Shown here: positions 29,205 through 37,941 of the stretch, piece by piece | Layout of the letters: each line of letters starts with the position of its first letter | Position numbering within the stretch: position 1 is the first letter of the stretch | IMG/VR virus record: IMGVR_UViG_3300035684_000003 | Coordinates: 1,878 to 65,877 of that record | Reading direction: 5' to 3' (one strand) | Source of the DNA: a virus | DNA length: 64,000 bases | Notes under the pieces: model-generated | The model's database searches: none | Told to the model about the DNA's origin: nothing | What the model saw: the letters and a program-made list of their open reading frames with translations, nothing else | Program-made: the position numbers and the translations under genes

Positions 29205-30718
29205 CAGCACCTTTACTCAATCGGGGGACTCCTGGCTATGAAATCTTTGTTGATAGCGCCGGTCCACAAATTCCCGTCGTTGCGGTTTACAGTCGGTGCT
29301 ATTTACTGATAACAGCCACCGCTTTCCTTATTGCTCCACTGGAATTTGTTGCCGTGGGGTCGATGGATGACTTTGTCAATTTATTTGGCTCCTCCGACGC
29401 CCTCGTCCTCAACAGCGTTGAGAATTATCTAGAAAACTTCGACCAAGGGCTGTATGTGGCGCGAATCGTTCCATCCGCCATCGCCACCGTTACCATCGGC
29501 ACCCTGACGGCGGGTGCCACCTACACGGTGACCATCAATGGAACAGCCATCTCTTTCACTCTCGACGTTACGCCGACGATGGCAGAGGCGGTTCTTGCTG
29601 CCATAACAGCTATCAACAACACGGAAGCGACTAACCTCGCAGTTGAGGCTGAACCCAACCTCAATATGGATGGCACGCCCAACTATTCAACTGGTGTATT
29701 CCGCCTACGCTCCAAAAATGGAAGAGCATTTACCGCGACTGGCAGTGCAAACGTGTCAGTGGGAACTGTTACCACTCCCGCCACTCCTCAATTCTGGGAT
29801 TGGATTGCGGCTTTCAAAGAAATTGCGCGGGCTTACGATGACGACGCGCTCGGCTTCCTGTGCGCCCCTCAAGCCTTCTACAACACGGCTAACCAGTTTG
29901 AACGAACTCAAATTGGTAACAGCATGGCGGAACACGCCAGGAGTTTGCGTTGGGTTGCGCTTTTAGATCCACATCAACCGAGTGTCATCGACCACCCACG
30001 CAAGGCTAAAGCCGATGCGGCGGGGTATATTGCGCCCCAAGGTCACGGGTATTATTCCTATCCCTACTTCATCGACCGGGATAGCGATTATGTCGCGCCA
30101 TCAACCGCTATAGCATCTGTAGGGCTCAAGCGCTATTACGAGCAGGGGATTCAGGAGCCTCCTTGTGGACCTCGCTGCGTTCTTAATGGAATATCAGGGG
30201 TCGCTTACAAGCTGGATAAAGCCCAAAAGGTAGATTTGGCTGAAAGCTCGGTCAATATCAATATCTTCGAGCGCGGTCGGGGTGCGATGCCCTACGACGA
30301 CTTGACCCGGAGCGAGAATCCGGCATTTCAGGCAATCAATGCAGTCGTGGTGCTCAACAGTTTCGTAGAGACGGCTGAGCGCACGTTCCGAGCCTCTGAC
30401 CTAATCCACACTTCGGTAGACAGTCGCGGCAAGTACTACCTGCAAGTCCAATTGCTACTAACTGGCGTGGCTCAACTGTTCTATGCGGCTGGTTGCCTGT
30501 ACGGCATCCGACCGGGCGATGCTTACCGAGTGGAATGCAACGCCGAGATGCAGGATGCCACCAATCTCGAACAGCGAATAGTGGTGGCTCGCACATTCTT
30601 GGTGCCAGCTCCCACCGCACGCCGATTGAGAATCTATATTTATCGGGTAGCAATTGACCAGATGAACCAAGCGGTTGCCATCGTTGGCGGCAGTACACGC
30701 GTTCTTGCTGCGGGTTAA
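29201..30718 (+). CDS. Tail sheath protein
   Basis: TPGYEIFV...SMDDFVNLFG...GFLCAP...VAPS...PP.G...INA. Confidence 0.85.
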   Translation: MTAPLLNRGTPGYEIFVDSAGPQIPVVAVYSRCYLLITATAFLIAPLEFVAVGSMDDFVNLFGSSDALVLNSVENYLENFDQGLYVARIVPSAIATVTIGTLTAGATYTVTINGTAISFTLDVTPTMAEAVLAAITAINNTEATNLAVEAEPNLNMDGTPNYSTGVFRLRSKNGRAFTATGSANVSVGTVTTPATPQFWDWIAAFKEIARAYDDDALGFLCAPQAFYNTANQFERTQIGNSMAEHARSLRWVALLDPHQPSVIDHPRKAKADAAGYIAPQGHGYYSYPYFIDRDSDYVAPSTAIASVGLKRYYEQGIQEPPCGPRCVLNGISGVAYKLDKAQKVDLAESSVNINIFERGRGAMPYDDLTRSENPAFQAINAVVVLNSFVETAERTFRASDLIHTSVDSRGKYYLQVQLLLTGVAQLFYAAGCLYGIRPGDAYRVECNAEMQDATNLEQRIVVARTFLVPAPTARRLRIYIYRVAIDQMNQAVAIVGGSTRVLAAG

Positions 30719-30744
30719 GACAAGGGAAAAAGGAGTAACTGACT

Positions 30745-31182
30745 ATGCCAACCAATTACGACCCGGCTTCTGAGTCCGAGTTTTCAATAGTTCTAGGGGG
30801 AGACTTTGGGCAGTATTTTTTCACAAAGTTTTCGGGTGGAGACCGTTCCCGCGACTCCACTAAGTATCCACTGGCTGACAGGAATCAGATGGGCAGCATT
30901 GTTGGGATGCGCTCCTACGGTGACATCAGCTTAGAGGTGGAATACATCCCAGAGGTTCACGACGAACTCGACGCCAAACTGTCTCGATGGTGTGGTGAAA
31001 ATCTGCTCGTGCAAATCACTCCTTTGAAGCGTTGTTCCATCACTTTAGAGCAACGGGGGCGGATTCGCACCTATACGGGATGTAAGCCGAAATCCGAGCG
31101 ATTGCCAGAAGCCGACAGAAGTGGTAATCGTCCCTCTACTTATAGGATAGAATTTACTGTTCAAGACATGGAAACAGCCTAG
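30745..31182 (+). CDS. Tail tube protein
   Basis: FTKFSGG...YGDISLE...YTGCKP; follows the sheath gene. Confidence 0.75.
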   Translation: MPTNYDPASESEFSIVLGGDFGQYFFTKFSGGDRSRDSTKYPLADRNQMGSIVGMRSYGDISLEVEYIPEVHDELDAKLSRWCGENLLVQITPLKRCSITLEQRGRIRTYTGCKPKSERLPEADRSGNRPSTYRIEFTVQDMETA

Positions 31183-31186
31183 TTTT

Positions 31187-31780
31187 ATGGTGAAAGTTGA
31201 AATTTTAAATGACAACAATGACGGGCAACAACCTGTGGCTGACATTGCCAGCAAGCCTCCCGATAAAATGTTTTTACGGTTAAATGATTCGAGGGAGGCT
31301 GTATTCCAAGTTCCCACTATTGAATTACTTATAGGATTAGAGCGAAATTATCCCAAGATTGAAGGCAGTGAAATCTATCGAAAATTAGCAGAAATTTGCC
31401 TTATCGATTGGGCGGGACAGCCCAAGATGCCGCCTGATGAAGAGATAGATATTGCAGATGATTTTGCCGTTATTGACCTGTTTTCCCTAAATGCAGGCGA
31501 TTCTTATGAGGTTTTACCTGACAAGTCTCATAAAGTTGTGACAGAAAAGGGTAGCATCATTTTTCGCCGTCCGACTCGCCCGGACGTAAGGAAAGCCGAA
31601 CAACTATCAAAAAGAACTAGCGAAAAGGTATTGACAGATATTATGTGGGCTTGCGAGTTATGCACGTCTTGGTGGAATTCAAGCCGCAAAATAATGCCTG
31701 CCGATTTTTATGAACTAAACTTCCACAATTACGCCAGCATCTCTACTGCCTTGCAAGCCTTTTTTCCGAAGCGTTCCTAA
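31187..31780 (+). CDS. Tail assembly chaperone
   Basis: Between tube and tape measure; FRRPTRPD motif; ends at a T6 run. Confidence 0.7.
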   Translation: MVKVEILNDNNDGQQPVADIASKPPDKMFLRLNDSREAVFQVPTIELLIGLERNYPKIEGSEIYRKLAEICLIDWAGQPKMPPDEEIDIADDFAVIDLFSLNAGDSYEVLPDKSHKVVTEKGSIIFRRPTRPDVRKAEQLSKRTSEKVLTDIMWACELCTSWWNSSRKIMPADFYELNFHNYASISTALQAFFPKRS

Positions 31781-31931
31781 TTTAACAGAGCAGGAGTATC
31801 TTGAAGCCACCTACTTAATGAACGGTGGAAGCTTCAATAACTTTGAAAGTTACGAGCGCCTCCCGATGGAGCAATGGTACGAAATGCTCCTCGTCCACAA
31901 TCGGGTAGTGGAGCGGCAAAGCAGAGAGTAG
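31761..31931 (+). CDS. Frameshift extension of the tail assembly chaperone (GT-like)
   Basis: Open +1 frame from the T6 run: FFRSVPNLTEQEYLEATYLMNGGSFNNFESYERLPMEQWYEMLLVHNRVVERQSRE. Confidence 0.55.
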   Translation, partial: FFRSVPNLTEQEYLEATYLMNGGSFNNFESYERLPMEQWYEMLLVHNRVVERQSRE

Positions 31932-31978
31932 GAAAAAAGGAAATTTTCCTCAAATCTTACCCCTAACCCCTTCCCTTC

Positions 31979-34642
31979 ATGGCAGTTGTCGATTTAGTAG
32001 TTCGCCTCAGAGATAACGCCACAGCCGGGATTAGGGGTATTAGTGGCGCTCTGTCGGGTTTGGGCACTTCTGCGGCGGGAGCGACTGGGCAGACTCAGGG
32101 GTTGAGTGGTGCGATCGCAGCTGGCGTGCTCCAAGCCAATGCCATCCAGTTTGCTATTGGCAAGGCGACTGAGGCGATAGGTTTCCTCAACAGTAAGTTT
32201 GAGGAAGCAAAGTCTTTGCAACTGGCTAACGTCACGGCTGCCACGACGTTTTCCTCGCTAACCGGGCAAAGCTACGAAGACGCGGCAAAATTCATCGATA
32301 ACATGAATGCTCGCCTCGCCAAGTCTGCGGCGGCGCTCCCAGGTGCGACGCAAGATTACAAAAACCTGGCAATCGCGATTCAAGATAACGTCCTCGAAGC
32401 TTTCAAAGACCCAGCGGGAAAGCTTAATCAAAAGGGGTTTGAGGACTCACTTTCAAGCATTGCCGAATCTTACGGCGCGTTGTCCGCCGCCTCTGGTGTC
32501 GCAGTGGGAAACACCACGCTTGGACTCTCGAAGATGTTGGCGGGTTCGAGTACGGCAGAACTAAGGCAAATTCAATTTTTCGAGCAGAATGCAGTCATCT
32601 TGAACGAGGTTGATAAGCGCTTGAAGGGGATGAACAAGTCAGCCCTCAAAGACCTCGATATCAAAGAGCGCGTCAAGTTGATTCAAGAGGTGGGACAGAA
32701 GTTCATCACGGAGGATTTCAAGAAACAGGCAGGTGCGACGGCAGACGCCCTGCTACAAAGTTTTCAATCCACCATGTTCGACCCCACCACTGGAGTGTTC
32801 GGCATCATGCGCGACCTCGACCTCAACACGTCGGGCGTGCAGTCGGCATTCACGTCGATGAACGAAATCCTCAATCAGCTGATTGGTCCTGCTGGGGCAT
32901 TTACTCTTGTGGGTGAGGTTCTGCAAGCAGCAGGCATCAACCTCCCCGACCCGATGCTAGCGCTTAAAAATAGCCTCGATTTTGTCTTAGGTGGCATCAA
33001 AAGAGTAAATCAAAGTTTAGCAGGGCTTAGAGACGCCTTTAATGGACCGGGCATAGATTTTACTTGGATAAGTTACATAATTGCTAACCGAATAGCAAAG
33101 CTGGGAGATGGCTTAGCTTCTGCCTTTGACACGCTTTCAGCAAGGGCAGCTCCCCTATTCAACCAAGGCGTTGCCATTATTTCGGAGCGACTCAAAGACC
33201 CAGAGCAGTTTTATGTCCTTGGTCGCGCCCTGGGGTATGTAGTTGGCCGCGCAGTTGGGTCGGCGGCAATATTCCTTGCCCAAATTGACACGGGTGCGGT
33301 GTTGGTCGCCATAGGTCGAGCAGCTCTTGGAATTAATGCGGCTATTGTGGGCGCGATTGAAGGGGCTGTTCTCGGAGTAATTCCGGGACTTGTGTCCATT
33401 TTTAAAATCCGCGTCAACGAGATGGCGGAAACCTACTATTACTTGTTCGAGAGTTTTGCCGCACCGGCGCGAGAAGCGGTTCAAGCTGGCATCGGTCGAT
33501 TTGTGTCCCTAGCTGGGGGGATAACGGCAAAAATACAAGAAATAGCAGGCTCTATTGGCTCAGTATTAAATGACATAGGAAGCGTGATTGGAAGAGGAGC
33601 CGCGTTCCTTGTAGCTGGTATTGGGCAAGGGATAGCCCAATACTTAAACTTCCTTTCTTCCACAATCCCGGTCCGAATTGCCTCGGGCACTTTGGCAGTA
33701 GCAGGGACTTTGGTTTCTACTACATTTCGAGTCGTTTCGGTTCTAGCAGGTCACATCAACGCGGCTATAACAGGAGCGGTAGTCGGGGCAGCGCTTGCAA
33801 TCCAAGGCGCTTTCTCTGCCCTAGCTACCATAGTCGGCGGGGCAATTAATAGCACAATAGCTCAAGCCACGAATTTAGCTGTTAGCGCTTTCGTTCCTTT
33901 GGTCAATACCATCAATGGAACCCTTAATACGGCAACTGCAACGGCAACCGCCACGGCTGGAGGAATAAACAGCGCCCTTAATTCGGGGATGGCTGCCTTG
34001 CAAGCTGGATTTGACATTGTATCGACTGCGGTGTCGGATGCCGGAAACCGCGCCATTTCCTTAATCAAGCCCCCTATCGACCTTGTCGCCTCCTTCCTCG
34101 GACAAGTTGCCAACACCATATCCAGCCTTGTTAACGGGGTCATAGCGATTGTCAACAAAGCCACCTCTGTGGTCAATAGTGTCAATTCTGCTATCAACAG
34201 TTTCAACCCAGTTCCTGCCATCCAGTCGGGTATCCAAGGCGCGGGACAATCTGCGATTAACTCAATTAATTCCCTTTTTGGCGGCGCTCGTTACTCCGGA
34301 CACATTGGAAATGCGGCGGGGGGATTTCTGGGGAAACTTTTAGGAGCCGCCAAGCAAGAAACGGCTAATATGCCAGCAGGCGCTCAACTCCTGATAGCCA
34401 ATAGCTCAGAAACTATTCTGCCCTCTGGGGGATTAGGGGGACTAGTTCGGGGAATTGGTTCAATGCTCACACCCACAGCTGTTGCGCCTTCAATCGGTTC
34501 GCCTATTAAGGGAGGAAACACCATCAACCTAACGCTTACAATCAATGCACCATCAGGAGATGCCGGTGCGATCGCCTCTGCCACTATCGACGCAATCCAG
34601 CGATTGTTTGAGGCGGAACTAGGCGCTCAACTGGGGAGTTAA
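31979..34642 (+). CDS. Tape measure protein
   Basis: 887 aa, Ala/Gly-rich with helical repeats; canonical position. Confidence 0.88.
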   Translation: MAVVDLVVRLRDNATAGIRGISGALSGLGTSAAGATGQTQGLSGAIAAGVLQANAIQFAIGKATEAIGFLNSKFEEAKSLQLANVTAATTFSSLTGQSYEDAAKFIDNMNARLAKSAAALPGATQDYKNLAIAIQDNVLEAFKDPAGKLNQKGFEDSLSSIAESYGALSAASGVAVGNTTLGLSKMLAGSSTAELRQIQFFEQNAVILNEVDKRLKGMNKSALKDLDIKERVKLIQEVGQKFITEDFKKQAGATADALLQSFQSTMFDPTTGVFGIMRDLDLNTSGVQSAFTSMNEILNQLIGPAGAFTLVGEVLQAAGINLPDPMLALKNSLDFVLGGIKRVNQSLAGLRDAFNGPGIDFTWISYIIANRIAKLGDGLASAFDTLSARAAPLFNQGVAIISERLKDPEQFYVLGRALGYVVGRAVGSAAIFLAQIDTGAVLVAIGRAALGINAAIVGAIEGAVLGVIPGLVSIFKIRVNEMAETYYYLFESFAAPAREAVQAGIGRFVSLAGGITAKIQEIAGSIGSVLNDIGSVIGRGAAFLVAGIGQGIAQYLNFLSSTIPVRIASGTLAVAGTLVSTTFRVVSVLAGHINAAITGAVVGAALAIQGAFSALATIVGGAINSTIAQATNLAVSAFVPLVNTINGTLNTATATATATAGGINSALNSGMAALQAGFDIVSTAVSDAGNRAISLIKPPIDLVASFLGQVANTISSLVNGVIAIVNKATSVVNSVNSAINSFNPVPAIQSGIQGAGQSAINSINSLFGGARYSGHIGNAAGGFLGKLLGAAKQETANMPAGAQLLIANSSETILPSGGLGGLVRGIGSMLTPTAVAPSIGSPIKGGNTINLTLTINAPSGDAGAIASATIDAIQRLFEAELGAQLGS

Positions 34643-34678
34643 AAAAAGGAAAATTTCCTCTCACTGTGATATTAAGGG

Positions 34679-35971
34679 ATGCTAACCAAAGAAGCTAGGG
34701 CATTTGCCAAAGTTGGGCAGTTATTCAAAGAGTTGAATTTTGCGGACTCAGGGGAACAAGCTGTCACCGACCCAGAAGTAGTAGGCTACGTCACGACAGT
34801 TGTGCGCTCAATGATTAAGGAGCGCAATCTAGTCATTGGCAAAATCACCCTGAACGGTGACACGTTTACTGGCGTTGCCCAAACCAAAGTCAACCCTCGA
34901 CTGACTAAGCGTTTCAAGTTCGAGATTTCCCCAGACAGCAAAACGTTTGGCGCTATTAACTTAGAAGAAATAGAAGCGTTCAGCGAGGTTGTCGAGTTCA
35001 AGGGGACAAGAGACGGAAAAACCCTAAACTGTAGCAAGACTCCTCCCTTTACTCAATGCGGCGGACGTTGCTTGAAGGGGAAGGAGAAGTGCCGCCAGGA
35101 TATGTCGCCAGAAGAGCGCAAGGCTCACGACAAGGCGCTCAAGAAAGTTGGCACGGTTGACACCTCTCTTGCTAAGAAACGGCGGGAGATGAAGGAGAAC
35201 CGCAAGGGAGAGAAAGCCCCCGAACGGCGGAAGCCCTCCCAAGGGCGGACAAGCAACGTCCAACAAAACGACCTGGCTTCCACACTTAAGCATCCTAGGG
35301 AATATACGCACTTGGGGTCTGGGATTGAAGCCGAAGTTTATTTGGACAAGGGTCCACCCAAGAGAGCCTTAAAATACTATTCTTCTGCTCAATCTGTAGA
35401 TAAATCAGTTTTTGAGGGGATTCGTATTGGAGGAGAATTAGGAATTGGTCCGAAATTGTTAGGCGAAGCTCAGGTAGAAGCAGAGGGGCTTAAAGGAAGG
35501 AAGCAACAGGTAATCGCAATGGAGTTCTTAGACGGATTTACAGTTGGTGTCCGTCCAGCTCAAGAGTCAGCAAAATACGACCCGAAAAAGGAAAAACAAG
35601 AGCAGCAGACCTACAACAAAAGTTTCTTAGAAACCTTGAAGAAAGGACACTCCAATCAATATATTTTTGATGACCTTCACGAAGAGAATGCGATGGTCAA
35701 CGCAAAAACAAAGGAGATAAAATTTGTTGACTTGGGGGGACTACGAAAAGGAACCTATGAAGAAATGACCCTACAGCTGCTTGACAAGTATTCACCGCGC
35801 CCGTTGTCGGCGGAGATTTTAGACACACACATTAAAGACAAGGGAGACAAAAAAGCGGCGAAGGAAATACAATCACTACAAAGAAAAATCCTTAACCGAA
35901 AAGACAAGCCAATTACGGAAGAGGAATACAAACGTATGTTTGACCGAGTCTATGAATTAGCTGAGGTTTAA
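34679..35971 (+). CDS. Leader-family cargo protein with C-terminal protein-kinase-like domain
   Basis: MLTKEARAFAKVG; VEF; Cys4 motif; LGSGIEAEVY, ALKY, MEFLDG, DDLHEEN, FVDLG. Confidence 0.8.
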   Translation: MLTKEARAFAKVGQLFKELNFADSGEQAVTDPEVVGYVTTVVRSMIKERNLVIGKITLNGDTFTGVAQTKVNPRLTKRFKFEISPDSKTFGAINLEEIEAFSEVVEFKGTRDGKTLNCSKTPPFTQCGGRCLKGKEKCRQDMSPEERKAHDKALKKVGTVDTSLAKKRREMKENRKGEKAPERRKPSQGRTSNVQQNDLASTLKHPREYTHLGSGIEAEVYLDKGPPKRALKYYSSAQSVDKSVFEGIRIGGELGIGPKLLGEAQVEAEGLKGRKQQVIAMEFLDGFTVGVRPAQESAKYDPKKEKQEQQTYNKSFLETLKKGHSNQYIFDDLHEENAMVNAKTKEIKFVDLGGLRKGTYEEMTLQLLDKYSPRPLSAEILDTHIKDKGDKKAAKEIQSLQRKILNRKDKPITEEEYKRMFDRVYELAEV

Positions 35972-35977
35972 TCAATA

Positions 35978-36139
35978 ATGAAGACAGAAGATTGGCTAAA
36001 ACTTAAAAAACGCAGGCTAGAAATAGAGTCTCAACTTTTTAAGGAAGAATCTCCTAAGTTAAGAGAAGAACTTAAGTCTATCAACAGTCAAATAAAAGCA
36101 GACCCTCCAACATTAGAGCAGGTATACACCTCAATTTAG
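35978..36139 (+). CDS. 53-aa ORF after the kinase gene (candidate immunity), not in the ORF track
   Basis: MKTEDWLKLKKRRLEIESQLFKEESPKLREELKSINSQIKADPPTLEQVYTSI; fills the gap, AT-rich. Confidence 0.55.
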   Translation: MKTEDWLKLKKRRLEIESQLFKEESPKLREELKSINSQIKADPPTLEQVYTSI

Positions 36140-36159
36140 CAAGAGGCAGGAACTCATAA

Positions 36160-37632
36160 GTGTTGACCAGAGAAGCTAGAGCCTTTGCTAAAGTTGGGCA
36201 GTTATTCAAAGAATTGAGTTTTGCCGATTCAGGGAAACAAGCCGTCACCGACTCCAAAACCTTGTCCCTGGTTCAATCTGGGTTACAAAAAAGCTTGGGA
36301 CGGCGAATCACCCTTCTAGCTGGGGTAACCAAAACAGACGCTGGCACCTTTAGCGGGGAGTTTCAACAGTACGTTAATCCCCGACTCACCAAACGCTTTA
36401 GCTTTACCTTTGGCGAAAATGAGATAAGTTTTAAGCCGTTAAACCCTGACGACATTGAGCGATTTAGCGAGAGAGACGATGAGGCGGATTTTGCCCGAAC
36501 CTCTAAAAGCGGTAGAGCGGGTAAGTCACTCAACTGCAAAGTAGAACAGTGTGGTGGACGTTGTCTCAGAGGCGGGGAAAGCTGCCGCCTTACACCTACA
36601 GAAGAACAGAAAAAACTATGGGCAGCGGCTAGCGGGAAAAATCTAGCGACTAAGCCAGATACCTCTCTTGCCAAGAAGCGACGGGAGATGAAGGAAAACC
36701 GCGTGCGCATAGCAGAAGCTGAGAGAGCAGAAGCCGAGAAAGCGTCTCTGAGAAAGAAATCTAAGCAATCTGCTCGCTCTATCAATTACAAAGTAGACCG
36801 CTCTGACCCCGACGCTTTAATTAAGTTAGGCGCTGATTTTTCGGCTAAACACCTTAAGCTTCGAGATATTCCCCCATCAGCCAGAGAAAACAAACTATTT
36901 GAAGAAAAAACAGCACTGGGGAAAGAAATAATGCAAGCGCGAGAGGCAGGAGATATGCGGAGAGTATCAGACATTGCCCCTAAATTCTTTGCCAAAGAAA
37001 CCGCGTATTACAAGGTTCAAAATGAGCGAATCGACAAGATGGATGCTCAGTATGACAAATTCAGAGAAGAAATTATCAAGAAACACGGGGTAACACAGCA
37101 ACAAGCGGAAAAAGCTATAGAAAGAATCACCCTTGATGATTCTTTGGGGAACAGCAAGAACCAAGTTAAACAGGATTTCACCGACTTCTATCTATTGACC
37201 GGGGGAAAGGGGTTTGGCAGGTTAGACGAAATTGCTCAAACAAGTGAAAGAGCTTACGCCAGCAGAAGTGGAATGATAAACGTAGGATTTAGAGTTAATA
37301 GAACCACAAATCTGCACGAACTGGGGCATCACGTAGAATATGGGTCGAATGAAGTTATAGAGGCTTCAATCAAATGGCGAAATAGTCGCGCAACGGGTGC
37401 CCCAGAACAGTTGAGCAAGTTATCGCCAGGGGGTAGATACGATGAAAACGAAATCGCCTTTCCTGGAAAATACGTTACCCCTTACGTAGGCAAAGACTAC
37501 GGAAGCGGAGCCACGGAAGTTGTATCAGTGGGGATTGAAAACTTCACTGATGGTCGCTCCATGAAAAACTTTAAAGAAAAAGACGAGGGACATTTAAATT
37601 ACATATTGGGAGTAATATTGAGTGAAGATTAG
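36160..37632 (+). CDS. Leader-family cargo protein with C-terminal zincin (HExxH) metallopeptidase-like domain
   Basis: TTG start, MLTREARAFAKVG; ADF; Cys4 motif; NLHELGHHVE plus downstream TEVVS. Confidence 0.78.
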   Translation: MLTREARAFAKVGQLFKELSFADSGKQAVTDSKTLSLVQSGLQKSLGRRITLLAGVTKTDAGTFSGEFQQYVNPRLTKRFSFTFGENEISFKPLNPDDIERFSERDDEADFARTSKSGRAGKSLNCKVEQCGGRCLRGGESCRLTPTEEQKKLWAAASGKNLATKPDTSLAKKRREMKENRVRIAEAERAEAEKASLRKKSKQSARSINYKVDRSDPDALIKLGADFSAKHLKLRDIPPSARENKLFEEKTALGKEIMQAREAGDMRRVSDIAPKFFAKETAYYKVQNERIDKMDAQYDKFREEIIKKHGVTQQQAEKAIERITLDDSLGNSKNQVKQDFTDFYLLTGGKGFGRLDEIAQTSERAYASRSGMINVGFRVNRTTNLHELGHHVEYGSNEVIEASIKWRNSRATGAPEQLSKLSPGGRYDENEIAFPGKYVTPYVGKDYGSGATEVVSVGIENFTDGRSMKNFKEKDEGHLNYILGVILSED

Positions 37633-37939
37633 CCTTCGATATAAGCCAACACGCACGGAATTTACCATAGAAGCTCAACATAATGACCCGGATAAATTAA
37701 TTGAACTTAATTTCAAAGCAAAAAACCTAGAAGAACAACCAATTGTTGACGCCTTAAAAGACAACAGCTTGAAATATGAACTTGAGAATCAATACGGTCA
37801 TTACGGGCACCGAATTGTTTTAGCTTCAACAACCAACTTAGATTTAGCGAGCGCCGTGCGTTATCTCTCCTCTTTTGAATTAATCAACATAGAGCCTCGA
37901 ATCGCGCCAATTCCGCTCCCCAAAGACGTGCAAAGTTAA
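37622..37939 (+). CDS. 105-aa protein overlapping the peptidase gene (candidate immunity)
   Basis: GTG start overlaps the 3' end of 36160..37632; AT-rich. Confidence 0.6.
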   Translation: MKISLRYKPTRTEFTIEAQHNDPDKLIELNFKAKNLEEQPIVDALKDNSLKYELENQYGHYGHRIVLASTTNLDLASAVRYLSSFELINIEPRIAPIPLPKDVQS

Positions 37940-37941
37940 GA

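Noticed and set aside
16902-36702. Diversity-generating retroelement template/variable repeats among the paralogous genes
   Set aside because: No reverse transcriptase is visible, and the homology is at the 5' ends with whole-domain swaps, not adenine-specific variation near 3' ends.
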